Assembly: GCA_038087875.1 (NCBI GenBank)
Contig: CM075979.1
Span: 77,004,001 to 77,068,000, forward strand
Source of the DNA: Malacoraja senta
Lineage: Eukaryota
Direction of reading: 5' to 3'
DNA: 64,000 nt
The notes under the pieces were generated by a model that made no database searches, had not been told where the DNA came from, and worked only from the letters and a program-made list of their open reading frames with translations. Positions 36,647 through 48,324 of the stretch are shown here, piece after piece; positions within the stretch are counted from its first letter, which is position 1, and every line of letters starts with the position of its first letter. The position numbers and the translations under genes are program-made.

Positions 36647-37265
36647 ACCGGAGCAATCCAGGATATGACATCGACGTCAATAATCGTGGGAGTGCAGCGG
36701 GAGTATCACGGGGAGCGTCGCGGCCTGTAGTCCGAGGATCCGCCTGGTAGGTCCAGCTCGCCTGCTGAAGACCGGGGACGTGCCCGCCACAGCGATGGAC
36801 CCACGTCGCCGTGCAGAGCAGAGCCTGCCTGGAAGGCCCTGCCACCCCGCCTGCCCGCCGCCCACCGGGGATTCTCCCGGCTGCGGGAGGCAGTGCAGTG
36901 CCTCAACGGAGGAGTGGGACGCTGGAGGCTCTGCAACAATCTGGGGCTCGGTTGGACTGGGTGCCGCTCCAAGAGGCCGAGCACGTGGACTGCACGCAGC
37001 CTGCAGGGGCAGAGGACACCACAGCTAGGCTTGGCCAGGCCGACCCTGCAACGCCACCAGGACAACAGACCTTCACGGTCAGATCAAGATCCCTGCACTT
37101 ACAACAACTGGGACTTGAAAATGGCGCCAAACTGGAGACACTGTATCTGAGATGCCTAACTAAGATGTATATGTGCTTATGTGTAGTGATACTTGTACTG
37201 AACTGTATACAAAAATGAATTTCACGGTACCTCGGTACATGTGACAAATAAGGCGCCATACCATA
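36647..37265 (+). mobile_element. GC-rich non-coding retroposon with a Rex1/Babar-like 3' tail
   Basis: Tail AATTTCACGGTACCTCGGTACATGTGACAAATAA plus (CCATA)n. Second copy at 23555-23847. Confidence 0.7.
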
Positions 37266-38469
37266 ATCCTCTTTGTCTCATTCACCACTTTCTCAACTTA
37301 AAAGTAACACATGTCCTCCCTTCCTCAATTCCCATGTGAAAAGTCTTTTGAGAGTGGACACCCGGCGTTACTGGTGATGGAAATAGACCACCTCCCACCC
37401 ACTGCCAGTGAATACCAGCCCCGGTTTTGGCAGAGTCCACAACTCCCTCATCAGCCTCGTCATTCTCCTCAGAACCCACCATACAGTGGTGGAAGCAAGT
37501 CACCATCAACCCTGCAGGACGGCAGAAGCAGGTGAAATGCTGTACCGTTCAGTTCAGTTTAGTTTATTGCCACATGGTGCAGTGAAAAGCTTTTGTTGTA
37601 TACAGTATACAGATCAATGGCGGTATATCAACTCTGTGTTCCTTGAGAGAGAGCTGTGCACAAAGCAGGGATTGTTCTTGCTTGCCCCGTTACCTCATGG
37701 GGTCAACTCATTGTCAATAACATTGCAGGACATCCTCGATAAAGATGCGGCAAGTTGCTCAGCAATTTTTTTGTACAATCAAAATGATATTCCGATTGCA
37801 TGCCCTACAGAGGAGAACTCTTTAAGATGTATTCAAACATCAAAATAATGTCAAGCTTTAAAAAGGTTAGCGAGCTGTGGCGTCAGGGCTGACACCAGGT
37901 TTGGCAATGACCACAATGGAAATCACAGAGGGGTGAACTTATGTGATATATTTTATTTACAGTGGCAAGAAGGTCCCGGACCTCATGGGGGCACTGTCCT
38001 ACACCATCAGGGCGCATGTGCAGTGATGCTGGCGAGCATGGGACCTAGGAGCATCAGTCCTAGTCTCCGAAGGAGGAAGCGTGGCAATCTCAGGCTTCTC
38101 CCTGCAGTTCACGCTTGCCTCAAGAGGAGTTACTGGCAGTGTCGTTCATCATGGTGATCTCAGGTTTATCCTGCTGACTCAGCTTTGAGCTTGAAGAGGC
38201 AGCACAGGCGGTTTCTGGATGGCTCAGTCCTTGCCTCTGTGTGTGGGTGCAGTTCCTCATTGTCCATGAGCAGGTAGAAGCACAGGCATCTTAAGGCTTG
38301 GCCCGGCCACTCACTTAGCCTCATTGGAGGCACTGGCCATGTAGAGATTCTTCCCAGCAGTCCAGTCTTGACCACACGGTGGCGCTGGTGGCCTTGCATT
38401 TGTCCTAGTGGCTCAGTCTTCCTTGAACCTGCACCTTGGAAAGGCGGCTAGTGGTGAAGCATCCCACTT

Positions 38470-38605
38470 TGTCTCCCTTCCTCTGTCTCTTCTTTCTTCC
38501 TCCTTTCTTCCTCGCTTCTTCTTCCTCTTCCTCCTCCTCTTCCTCTTCCTCTACCTCTTCCTCCTCTCCTGCTTCTTCTCTCATCCTCTCCCTTCCTCTC
38601 TCTCT
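38470..38605. repeat. Polypyrimidine (CTT/CCT) low-complexity tract
   Basis: Base composition. Confidence 0.9.
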
Positions 38606-38829
38606 GGCTGGAATGCCTGGGTTTTATAGGGAGGATGCAATCTAACTTCTGCAAGAGTGACCCTGAGAAGAGGCACACTTGAGGCTGATGGGACGGATGT
38701 CATCGTCCCGTTGGTCTTCTCCTCAAAGCGAGCATAGAACACATTAAGTACATCAGCTAGGGCCACACTATCACCAGTGGTGTTGCCTGAATTTACTTTG
38801 CAGCCAGTTACAACATTCAGACACAACAA

Positions 38830-39396
38830 GTGATCCTCCGTCAGTTTCGCCACCTCCAACGTGACCCCACCACTCGCCACATCTTCCCATCTCCCCCTAT
38901 GTCTGCCTTCCGCAAAGACCGCTCCCTCCGTAACTCCCTTGTCAATTCTTCCCTTCCCTCCCATACCACCCCCTCCCCTGGTACTTTCCCTTGCAACCGC
39001 AAGAGATGCAACACTTGTCCCTTCACTTCCCCCCTCCACTCCATTCCAGGACCCAAGCAGTCGTTCCAGGTGCGACAGAGGTTCACCTGCATCTCCTCCA
39101 ACCTCATCTATTGCATTCGCTGCTCTAGATGCCAGCTGATCTACATCGGTGAGACCAAGCGGAGGCTTGGCGATCGTTTCGCCGAACACCTCCGGTCGGT
39201 CCGCAATAAGCAACCTGAACTCCCGGTGGCTCAGCACTTCAACTCCCCCTCCCATTCCGTATCTGACCTCTCTGTCCTGGGTCTCCTCCATGGCCACAGC
39301 GAGCAACACCGTAAATTGGAGGAAATGCACCTCATATTCCGCTTGGGCAGTCTACACCCTGGTGGCCTGAACGTTGAATTCTCCCAATTCTGCTAG
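38830..39396 (+). CDS. PLE C-terminal GIY-YIG endonuclease domain (partial ORF, no true start)
   Basis: CNRKRCNTC linker; NLIYCIRC..CQLIYIGETKRRL..RFAEH; PVAQHF; RKLEE..LIFRL..LHPGGLN. Confidence 0.9.
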   Translation: MILRQFRHLQRDPTTRHIFPSPPMSAFRKDRSLRNSLVNSSLPSHTTPSPGTFPCNRKRCNTCPFTSPLHSIPGPKQSFQVRQRFTCISSNLIYCIRCSRCQLIYIGETKRRLGDRFAEHLRSVRNKQPELPVAQHFNSPSHSVSDLSVLGLLHGHSEQHRKLEEMHLIFRLGSLHPGGLNVEFSQFC

Positions 39397-39512
39397 CCCT
39401 GGCTGTCCCCTCCCCTTCATCAGCCATCTGGTTGTCTCCTCCCCTCCCCCCACCCTCGGGCTCCTCCTCCTCCTTTTCCTTTTTTCCTTTCTTCTCCCCA
39501 CCCCCTATCAGT

Positions 39513-39540
39513 CTGAAGAAGGGTTTCGGCCCGAAACGTT
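39513..39540 (+). ncRNA. Minimal hammerhead ribozyme motif
   Basis: CTGAAGA-A-GGG-TTTCGG-CCC-GAAA-CGTT. Confidence 0.75.
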
Positions 39541-39755
39541 ACCTATTTCCTTCGCTCCATAGATGCTGCTGCACCCGCTGAGTTTCTCCAGCATTTTTGT
39601 GTACCTACAACATTCAGACCTATTGTGTCCGAATTGTTATACAGGGACTCATGTTTGTCCAGGTATTGTCTCTTGGGATTCTTGATGGCTTTGCGATGAT
39701 TTTAATGATCATTATTGAAGCAGGAGATTATGTCAATGAGTGGATGAAATTCAAC

Positions 39756-40089
39756 TTAGTTTAGTTAAACTTAGTTAAACTAGAGACACAGCGTGGAAAC
39801 AGGCCCTTCAGCCCATCGAGTCCGCACCGACCAGCAATATCCGCACATTAAAACTATCCTAGACATGGGACAATTTTAACATTTTTTTATACCAAGCCAA
39901 TTAATCTACAAACCTGTACCTCTTTGAGGTGTGGGAGGAAACCGAAGTTCTCGGAGAAAACCCATGTGGGTCACGGGGAGAACGTACAAACTCCTTACAG
40001 ACAGCACCCGCAGCCAAGATCAAACCTGTGTCTCTGGCACTGTAAGTGCTGTAAGGCAGCAACTTTACCGCTGCGCCACCGTGTCGCCC
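39756..40089 (-). mobile_element. HE1-type V-SINE (9-nt duplication subfamily)
   Basis: Full-length. Confidence 0.9.
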
Positions 40090-40747
40090 CATAAGCTGGT
40101 AAATGTAAAGGTTGAAGGTGGAATTAGAGTCAGAAAACAGAAATATGACTAAGCTCTGGGCATTTTGAATTCCCAATCCTGTGTTAGCGTTCCACCTGAC
40201 CTTGCCACAATGTCAACTCTCCCTGACCAGCTGATAGAGAAGGACGAGCCAGGAAAGTGGTGGAAAGATTGGCGAATCACACTGGATATACAGCAGGGAA
40301 GCCTCAGTGGAATGCAGTGTGACTGTTCACAGGAGCAAGGTCTTTACTCACTGACTATGACTGCAAATCACCTCTTCATGCCGGGCAAAGCAAGGATCCA
40401 ACAGAAGGCAGGAAATTACGAAGCGGAGCTTTGCACAACACTGATGCCTAAGAGCAATGCACGGATGCATTTTAAGTAGCACGCACACGACAAGCTGGGA
40501 GACAAAATATGGTGCTTTCAAATTTAGAGATTGATAATGAAGAGGTTGTTATGATTATTAACACAGCTGTTGAATGCACCATCATGGATATTGATGTTGA
40601 TGGATAAGGGATATTGATGTTTCGTGAGGTGTCCTTAGCAGAAAGGACATTAAAATTAAGAACATGTGCTGGCAAAACCCCAAGAACATTCCTCCATGAT
40701 GAACAAAGGCAAAGCTATCAATTGTGAAGGCTGATTATGTGAACATA

Positions 40748-41000
40748 ACACAGTGGTGCAGCTGGTGGAGCTGCTGCCTCACAGTGCCAGAGACCTAGTT
40801 TTGATCCTCACCTCGGTCGCTCTCAGTGTGGAGTTTGCACGTTCTCCCTGCGCCCGCATTGGTTTTCTCCAGGGGTTCCGATTACCTTGCATATCCCAAA
40901 GACATGTGGGTTTGGAGGTGAATTGACCTCTGTAACAAAATATGCCCCTAATGTTTAGGGAATAGATGAGAAAGTGGGAAAACATCGATCTAGTGTGAAC
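40748..41000 (+). mobile_element. Divergent V-SINE subfamily
   Basis: tRNA-like head and V-domain GTGGAGTTTGCACGTTCTCCC, with a different 3' part. Confidence 0.75.
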
Positions 41001-42395
41001 GGCGAGGACTCGTTGGAGACGGGCCCTTCGGCCCAACACACCCATGCCGAGTGAGATGCTTCACCTACATTAGTCCCACCTGCCCACATTTGGCCCACAT
41101 CCCTCTAAAGCTTTCCTATCCATGTACCTACCTGCCTCAATTATCCCCTCTGGCAGATTGTTCCTTATACCCACCGCCCTCTGTGTCAAGAACTTTCTAC
41201 TCAGGTTCTTATTAAATCATTCCCCTCTCACCTTAAACCTATGACCTCTGTTTTTTGATTCCCTGACTCAGGGTGAAAGACTGAGCATCAAGGGCCTGTC
41301 TCCCTGCTATATCTCGAAATTTAAAAATATCAACTCAACCAGGGCTTTATTGACTGAAACAAAAGAGAAAGTGGATTAAATGCAATATAAATTCATCACA
41401 ACTATATTAAAAAAGCTTCTGGACAGTGTAAAGTCACATTTAAGGAACCATATGAGGTCATTAAAGAAAACCAAGCTCACAGATGAGCATTAAAATCAAA
41501 AGCCAGACGAATTTATTGTAAATAAAAGCTAAAATGCTGGAAACACTCAATGATTTAATGATTCAATTACACGTTATTGTCTCGTGTACCTCGGCACAGT
41601 GAAATTGTTTTTGCATACAACTCGGTGAAATCATGCAGCAGACCTCACCTAAGCAGTACACAGTTGCCATGTCTCTGCCATCAGACGGGGTCTATAGGGA
41701 GAGAAACTTAGCTACTGTTTCAGTCATGGGGAGATTCAGAATGGAAACATGTCCTTTGGGTCATCAAACTATGCCGACTGTCAACTACCCATTTACGTTA
41801 TTCCATCTTACTCTTGCCTATGGCGTGCACAGCCTAAAGTTGTAGGTCAACTTGTTCTATTTGTTTGTGCACGTCGGGTTGATTGCATTAGTCAAAGACA
41901 GGGTGGACCACGTGAAGGTTGCAATCTCCCACCCCATTATTCCATGAATCCTACTTTATATTATCCCCACATTCTCATCAATTCATCCCAGATTCTATTG
42001 CTGCCTACATATTATGGACTAATAACTGACTAATCTACGCACCTTTGGGATCTGTGAGGAAACTGGAGCACCCTAGGAGACCCATACACAGGGAGATACT
42101 TCTTCCCTGCTATTATCAGATTACTAAACGATCGTCCCATAAGATTGGGTGCAGTCCTGATCTCTTAACCTACCTAATTGTGTTTTTTGCACATTAGAGA
42201 TAAGAAGATGGGATGGGTGGAAATTGGTATATGTTCCTATCCTATAAAAGATCGAGAAAAGATCAAATGGTTCCACTAGATCTGGAGAAATTGCGAAGAG
42301 AACTGAAATGAAAGATGATCCTTACGTGTATCCCAGAGTACGCTTGACCTGTTGAATTATCAAGTCATAGAGCACAGAAACAAAACTGCTCTAAT

Positions 42396-45053
42396 AGATA
42401 CATAGATACATAGAAAATAGTTGCAGGAGTAGGCCATTCGGCCCTTCGAGCCTGCACCGCCATTCAATATGATCATGGCTGATCATCCAACTCAGTATCC
42501 CGTACCTGCCTTCTCTCCATACCCCCTGATCCCTTTAGCCACAAGGGCCACATCTAACTCCCTCTTAAATATAGCCAATGAACTGGCGTCAACTACCCTC
42601 TGTGGCAGACAGTTCCAGAGATTCACCACTCTCTGTGTGAAAAAGTTTTTCCTCATCTCGGTCTTAAAGGATTTCCCCCTTATCCTTAAGCTGTGACCCC
42701 TTGTCCTGGACTTCCCCAACATCGGGAACAATCTTCCTGCATCTAGCCTGTCCAACCCCATAAGAATTTTGTACGTTTCTATAAGATCCCCTCTCAATCT
42801 CCTAAATTCTAGCGAGTATAAGCCAAGTCTATCCAGTCTTTCTTCATATGAAAGTCCTGACATCCCAGGAATCAGTCTGGTGAACCTTCTCTGCACTCCC
42901 TCTATGGCTATAATGTCCTTCCTCAGATTTGGAGACCAAAACTGTACGCAATACTCCAGGTGTGGTCTCACCAAGACCCTGTACAACTGCAGTAGAACCT
43001 CCCTGCTCCTATACTCAAATCCTCTTGCTATGAAGGCCAACATACCATTCGCTTTCTTCACTGCCTGCTGCACCTGCATGCCTACTTTCAATGACTGGTG
43101 TACCATGACACCCAGGTCTCGCTGCACCTCCCCATTTCCTAATCGGCCACCATTTAGATAATAGTCTGCCTTCCCGTTTTTGCCACCAAAGTGGATAACC
43201 TCACATTTATCCACATTATACTGCATCTGCCAAACATTTGCCCACTCCCCCAGCCTATCCAAGTCACCTTGCAGTCTCCTAGCATCCTCCTCACAGCTAA
43301 CACTGCCCCCCAGCTTAGTGTCATCCGCAAACTTGGAGATGTTGCTTTCAATTCCCTCGTCCAGATCATTAATATAAATTGTAAATAGCTGGGGTCCCAG
43401 CACTGAGCCTTGCGGTACCCCACTAGTCACTGCCTGCCATTGTGAAAAGGACCCGTTTACTCCTACTCTTTGCTTCCTGTTTGCCAGCCAGTTCTCTATC
43501 CACATCAATACTGAACCCCCAATACCGTGTGATTTAAGCTTGTATCCTAATCTCTTATGTGGTACCTTGTCGAAAGCCTTCTGAAAGTCCAGATACAACA
43601 CATCCACTGGTTCTCCCCTATCCACTCTACTAGTTACATCCTCGAAAAATTCTATAAGATTCGTCAGACACGATTTACCTTTCGTAAATCCATGCTGACT
43701 TTGTCCAATGATTTCACCACTTTCCAAATGTGCTGCTATCCCATCTTTAATAACTGACTCTAGCAGTTTCCCCACTACCGATGTTAGACTAACTGGTCTG
43801 TAATTCCCCGTTTTCTCTCTCCCTCCCTTCTTAAAAAGTGGGGTTACGTTTGCTACCCTCCAATCCTCAGGAACTACTCCAGAATCTAAAGAATTTTGAA
43901 AAATTATCACTAATGCATCCACTATTTCTGGAGCTACTTCCTTAAGTACTCTGGGATGCAGCCTATCTGGCCCTGGTGATTTATCGGCCTTTAATCCATT
44001 CAATTTACCCAACACCACTTCCCGACTAACCTGGATTTCACTCAGTTCCTCCATCTCCTTTGACCCGCGGCCCCCTGCTATTTCCGGCAGATTATTTATG
44101 TCTTCCTTAGTGAAGACGGAACCAAAGTAGTTATTCAATTGGTCCGCCATATCCTTGTTCCCCATGATCAATTCACCTGTTTCTGACTGCAAGGGACCTA
44201 CATTTGTTTTAACTAATCTCTTTCTCTTCACATATCTATAAAAACTTTTGCAGTCAGTTTTTATGTTCCCTGCCAGTTTCCTTTCATAATCTATTTTCCC
44301 TTTCCTAATTAAGCCCTTTGTCCTCCTCTGCTGGTCTCTGAATTTCTCCCAGTCCTCTGGTATGCTGCTTTTTCTGGCTAATTTGTACGCAACATCTTTT
44401 GCTTTGATACTATCCCTGATTTCCCTTGTTATCCACGGATGCACTACCTTCCCTGATTTATTCTTTTGCCAAACTGGGATGAACATTTTTTGTAGTTCAT
44501 CCATGCAGTCTTTAAATGCCTTCCATTGCATATCCACCGTCAACCCTTTTAGAACTAATTGCCAGTCAATCTTGGCCAATTCACGTCTCATATCCTCAAA
44601 GTTACCTTTCTTTAAGTTCAGAACCGTTGTTTCTGAATTAACAATGTCACTCTCCATCCTAATGAAGAACTCAACCATATTATGGTCACTCTTGCCCAAG
44701 GGGGCACGCACAACAAGTCTGCTAACTAACCCTTCCTCATTACTCAATACCCAGTCTAGAATAGCCTGCTCTCTCGTTGGTTCCTCTACATGTTGGTTTA
44801 GATAACTATCCCTCATACATTCCAAGAAATCCTCTTCCTCAGCACCCCTGCCAATTTGATTCACCCAATCTATATGTAGATTGAAGTCACCCATTATAAC
44901 TGTTTTGCCTTTGTTGCACGCATTTCTAATTTCCTGTTTGATGCCATCCCCAACTTCACTACTACTGCTAGGTGGCCTGTACACAACACCCACCAGCGTT
45001 TTCTGCCCCTTAGTATTTCGTAGCTCTACCCATACCGATTCCACATCCTCCAA
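42396..45053 (-). mobile_element. CR1 LINE, 5'-truncated, young
   Basis: Uninterrupted ORF2, 3' UTR and (CTATGTAT)n tail. Confidence 0.97.
42492..45053 (-). CDS. CR1 ORF2: partial APE endonuclease plus reverse transcriptase (853 aa, N-terminus missing, no ATG start)
   Basis: YRPP, GDFN and SDH endonuclease motifs. QHGF, LDFQKAFD, PQGSVLGP and FADD RT motifs. Confidence 0.95.
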   Translation of the reverse strand: MEDVESVWVELRNTKGQKTLVGVVYRPPSSSSEVGDGIKQEIRNACNKGKTVIMGDFNLHIDWVNQIGRGAEEEDFLECMRDSYLNQHVEEPTREQAILDWVLSNEEGLVSRLVVRAPLGKSDHNMVEFFIRMESDIVNSETTVLNLKKGNFEDMRRELAKIDWQLVLKGLTVDMQWKAFKDCMDELQKMFIPVWQKNKSGKVVHPWITREIRDSIKAKDVAYKLARKSSIPEDWEKFRDQQRRTKGLIRKGKIDYERKLAGNIKTDCKSFYRYVKRKRLVKTNVGPLQSETGELIMGNKDMADQLNNYFGSVFTKEDINNLPEIAGGRGSKEMEELSEIQVSREVVLGKLNGLKADKSPGPDRLHPRVLKEVAPEIVDALVIIFQNSLDSGVVPEDWRVANVTPLFKKGGREKTGNYRPVSLTSVVGKLLESVIKDGIAAHLESGEIIGQSQHGFTKGKSCLTNLIEFFEDVTSRVDRGEPVDVLYLDFQKAFDKVPHKRLGYKLKSHGIGGSVLMWIENWLANRKQRVGVNGSFSQWQAVTSGVPQGSVLGPQLFTIYINDLDEGIESNISKFADDTKLGGSVSCEEDARRLQGDLDRLGEWANVWQMQYNVDKCEVIHFGGKNGKADYYLNGGRLGNGEVQRDLGVMVHQSLKVGMQVQQAVKKANGMLAFIARGFEYRSREVLLQLYRVLVRPHLEYCVQFWSPNLRKDIIAIEGVQRRFTRLIPGMSGLSYEERLDRLGLYSLEFRRLRGDLIETYKILMGLDRLDAGRLFPMLGKSRTRGHSLRIRGKSFKTEMRKNFFTQRVVNLWNCLPQRVVDASSLAIFKRELDVALVAKGIRGYGEKAGTGY

Positions 45054-45139
45054 GCAATGTTTTAAATTATGTTATTGTACCTGCCTCAACCACATCTTCT
45101 GGCAGCTCAATCCGTATATGTATGGGGGGGGGGGGGGGG

Positions 45140-45400
45140 GGAAGGGGAGTCAGTCTACCCCACGACAGAAGGGGAAAGAGTTGTACAGTTTGATAGCCAC
45201 AGGGGGAAAGGATCTCCTGTGGCATTCTGTGCTGGAACCAGTCTGTTGCTGAAGGTGCTCCTCAGGTTGACCAGTGTGTCATGGAGGAGGTGAGCTGTAT
45301 TGTCCAAGATACTCCACTGCTTGAGGAGCATCCTCCCCTCCAAGACCACCTCCCATGAATCCAACTCCACCCCCAGGATGGAGCCAGCCTTCCCGGTGAG
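45140..45400 (-). mobile_element. Rex1 3' fragment
   Basis: ILDNTAHLLHDTLVNLRSTFSNRLVP. Confidence 0.7.
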
Positions 45401-46139
45401 CTTGTCACATGTACTGATATAAAGTGTAAAGGTTTGTTTTGCATGCTATCCAAACATGTCTGAAGCAGGGTCCTGAGCTGAAACTTCACCCAATTATGTT
45501 CTCCAGGGATGCTACCTGACCTGCTGAGTTACCTCAGCATTTTGTGTCTTTCCAAGGTAAACAAGTATCTGCATTTTCTTGTTTCTACGATTCAGATGTA
45601 CTATACAAGAGATTGGAAGAATTTCAAAATCATATGGTTATATTTGTAAATACATTCAATCAGTTTGGATATCAAACAAAAATAAAGCTTTATTGTTTTG
45701 AATAATAAATCTATAATGACACTATATGCAAACATTGGAAATGTAATTTACTCCATGTTATGGCTGTGTGCATGGGCATACTGATGTAGAGGTTCTGAGT
45801 AAATGAGATGTCTTGTCTGAGCTTCTCATATCTTAAGCGTTTTAGTCTGTGTACTTTGCAATGGACCATTGGAAGTTAAGAGCTCATTACCTTAGGAGGA
45901 ATGCCAATTCTTAAGGACGGGGAGGAGTGGTTGGAAGAAAATCTTTAAGATTAGGAAGAGGTTTGATAGGATATAGAACATAGGACCTTTCTATTTACAG
46001 GCAACACAAAACTAGGGCCACATATTTGATGCCTTTCTTCTTGCATTCCCTCTTTACACCAAAAAATACCGAGCACAGCTTCCAACAATCCTCTGGCACT
46101 CTGGGCAATGAGTTTTTTAAAGATATTATTTGGAGTTGT

Positions 46140-46950
46140 AGAGAGCTCTGCTTCATTAGTTGACGGGAAATTCGGCATGTCTATGTACACCATAGAAAAC
46201 ATACTGCCGGATTGCATCACAGCTTGGTTTGGGAACAGCTCTGCTGAATCCCAGGGAGGCATGGTGGCGTAGCGGTAGATCTTTGGTCTCCAAGATCTTT
46301 GGTCTCCTCTCACACTCCAGGGACAAACAGGTTTTTAGGTTAATTGGCTTGGTATAAATTTAAAATTGTCTCTAGTGTGTGTAGGGTAGCGTTAATGTGT
46401 TGGGACCACTGGTCAGTGTGGACTCTGGTGGGCCGAAGGGCGTGTTCCCGTGCTGTATCTCTAAACTAAACAAAACTAAACGAAACTAAATTCCGCAAGA
46501 AATTGCGGAATTGTAGATCGAGCCCAGCCCCTCACACAGACCTGAATTCCCACCATTAACTCCATCTAAACTTCAATGCTACCTCAGAAAAGCAACCAAC
46601 GTAATCAAAGACATCCCACCTTAGTCATTCCTTCTTCAACTTGCTCCCATCGGCAGAAGGTACAGAAGTTTGAAAACGTGCCCCACCAAATTTAGGAACA
46701 GCTTCTTCCATTCTGGTAGCAGTCATCTGAATAGTCCTTCCATAAGCTAGGGTACTGTCCAATTCACCTCTACCCCACAGCGGACATTGGACTTTGTCTA
46801 TGGAACTGATGCACGACAATGCTGAGAACTATATTCTGCACTCTGTATCTTGTACTTTGCTCTACCTATTCTACTTGATTGCATTGATGTATGGTATTAT
46901 CTGATCTGATTAGATACGATGCAAAACAAAGCTTTCCATCTTTTCACGTT
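46140..46950 (+). mobile_element. Degenerate Rex1/Babar 3' fragment interrupted by an internally deleted V-SINE (46254-46490)
   Basis: GCITAWFGNSSA and LLPSAEG remnants, with the SINE tail in between. Confidence 0.7.
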
Positions 46951-47659
46951 GCAGGATGCCTTCAAAAACCTTGCCTTGAGACCATGGAAGTCCTGCCCTA
47001 CTTCTCTATTTCCCTTCCCTCCTACAAGTACCTTCCTCAAAGTATAACGTTTTGACTTGTCCGAATATCTCAGTGCATAAGCTCGTATGGAAGAGGACAC
47101 CAAGAAGCACTTTGGTATTCATATTGTTGACTGTAATTGTTTAGCACTCCAAAGCCACGTGGCTAATTTCATTGCTATTGCACACTTAGATGATTGTCTC
47201 CGATGAAGGCTTGATATCAGAATGCGGATAGATGATAGATCTGATCACAGTTGAACTTTATAAATTATTCACACCTTATCAATGGTTGGGACAAGTGTGC
47301 TGGTTGAAGTTTGGAACAGATCAGGCTTCTCTATGATATCACCAGTTCTTTCAATTCAATTACTGGCAAGTTCAAAGTATTGGAGCACCCGACTTATGTA
47401 AGTCTGATTTTACATGTCGGAATCACCAACACTGAAGTGGCAATCAAGAAAGCACATCAGGCTATTTACTTCCTTAGGCATCTTAGAAGATTTAGTATGT
47501 CCACAAGGATTCCCTTGAACGTCTAGGGATGAACTAGGGGAAGTATTGTGACAGGATGCCATTTGCTCTTGACTGCCTAAATCTACAGAGTGGTGAACAC
47601 AGCCCAGTCCCTCTTGGGCTCACCACTTCCTTCCATCCAGTCCATCTTTGCCTTTGACC

Positions 47660-48072
47660 GCACTGGGCCTGTACACGCTGGAGTTTAGAAGGGTGAGGTA
47701 GGACCTCATTGAAATGTACCAAATAGTCAAAGGGCTGGATAGAATGGATGTGGAGAGGATGTTTCCACTAGTGGGAGAGTCTAGGACCAGAGTTCATAGC
47801 CTCAGAATAAAAGGACGTACCTGTAGAAACTCCCCCGTCAGGGCGGTCGAAACCCCCGCGGCTTGGAGTTCCCGAAGAGGGTGGTGAATCTGCGGAATTC
47901 ATTGCCACAGAAGGCTGTGGAGGCCGTCAATGAATATCTTTAAGGTGTTAGGGTGTTGAGGGTTGCAGGAAAACAGCAAGAGAATGGGGTTGAGAGAGAA
48001 AGATGGATCAGACATGATTGAACGGTGGAGTAGGCTTGATGGCCTTATTCTGCTCCTACAACTTATGACCTT
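47660..48072 (+). mobile_element. CR1 3' fragment inserted in a Rex1 remnant (~47420-48210)
   Basis: KGLDRMDVERMFPLVGESRTR followed by 3' UTR. Confidence 0.8.
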
Positions 48073-48324
48073 ATATTCACGGGATGTTGCATCGGGAAGG
48101 CTGGAAGTATTGTCAAGGATGCCTGCCACTCCCTTTTCTCTCTTCTCCTTCCTGGGAGAAGATACAGGAGCTTGAAAGCTCAAATGTCCAGACAAGAACA
48201 GTTTCACATAGGAAGGAGCTACAGATCTTGGTTTCAACTGAAGATAGACACAAAATGCTGGAGTAACTCAGCATAACTGGCTGCAACTCTGGAGAAAAGG
48301 GTCTCGAATAAGTACAGTGTGAGT

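Larger units (their letters stand above)
38823..39605 (+). mobile_element. Penelope-like retroelement (Neptune-type), 5'-truncated
   Basis: 14-bp TSD TACAACATTCAGAC (38809-38822, 39606-39619). High identity to 13597-14519. Confidence 0.93.
38628..39700 (-). mobile_element. Rex1/Babar internal fragment interrupted by the PLE
   Basis: LADVLNVFYARFEE motif at ~38720-38762. Continues after 39619. Confidence 0.65.

Noticed and set aside
38581-39330. 249-aa minus-strand ORF
   Set aside because: Antisense of the PLE endonuclease fused by chance to a Rex1 remnant
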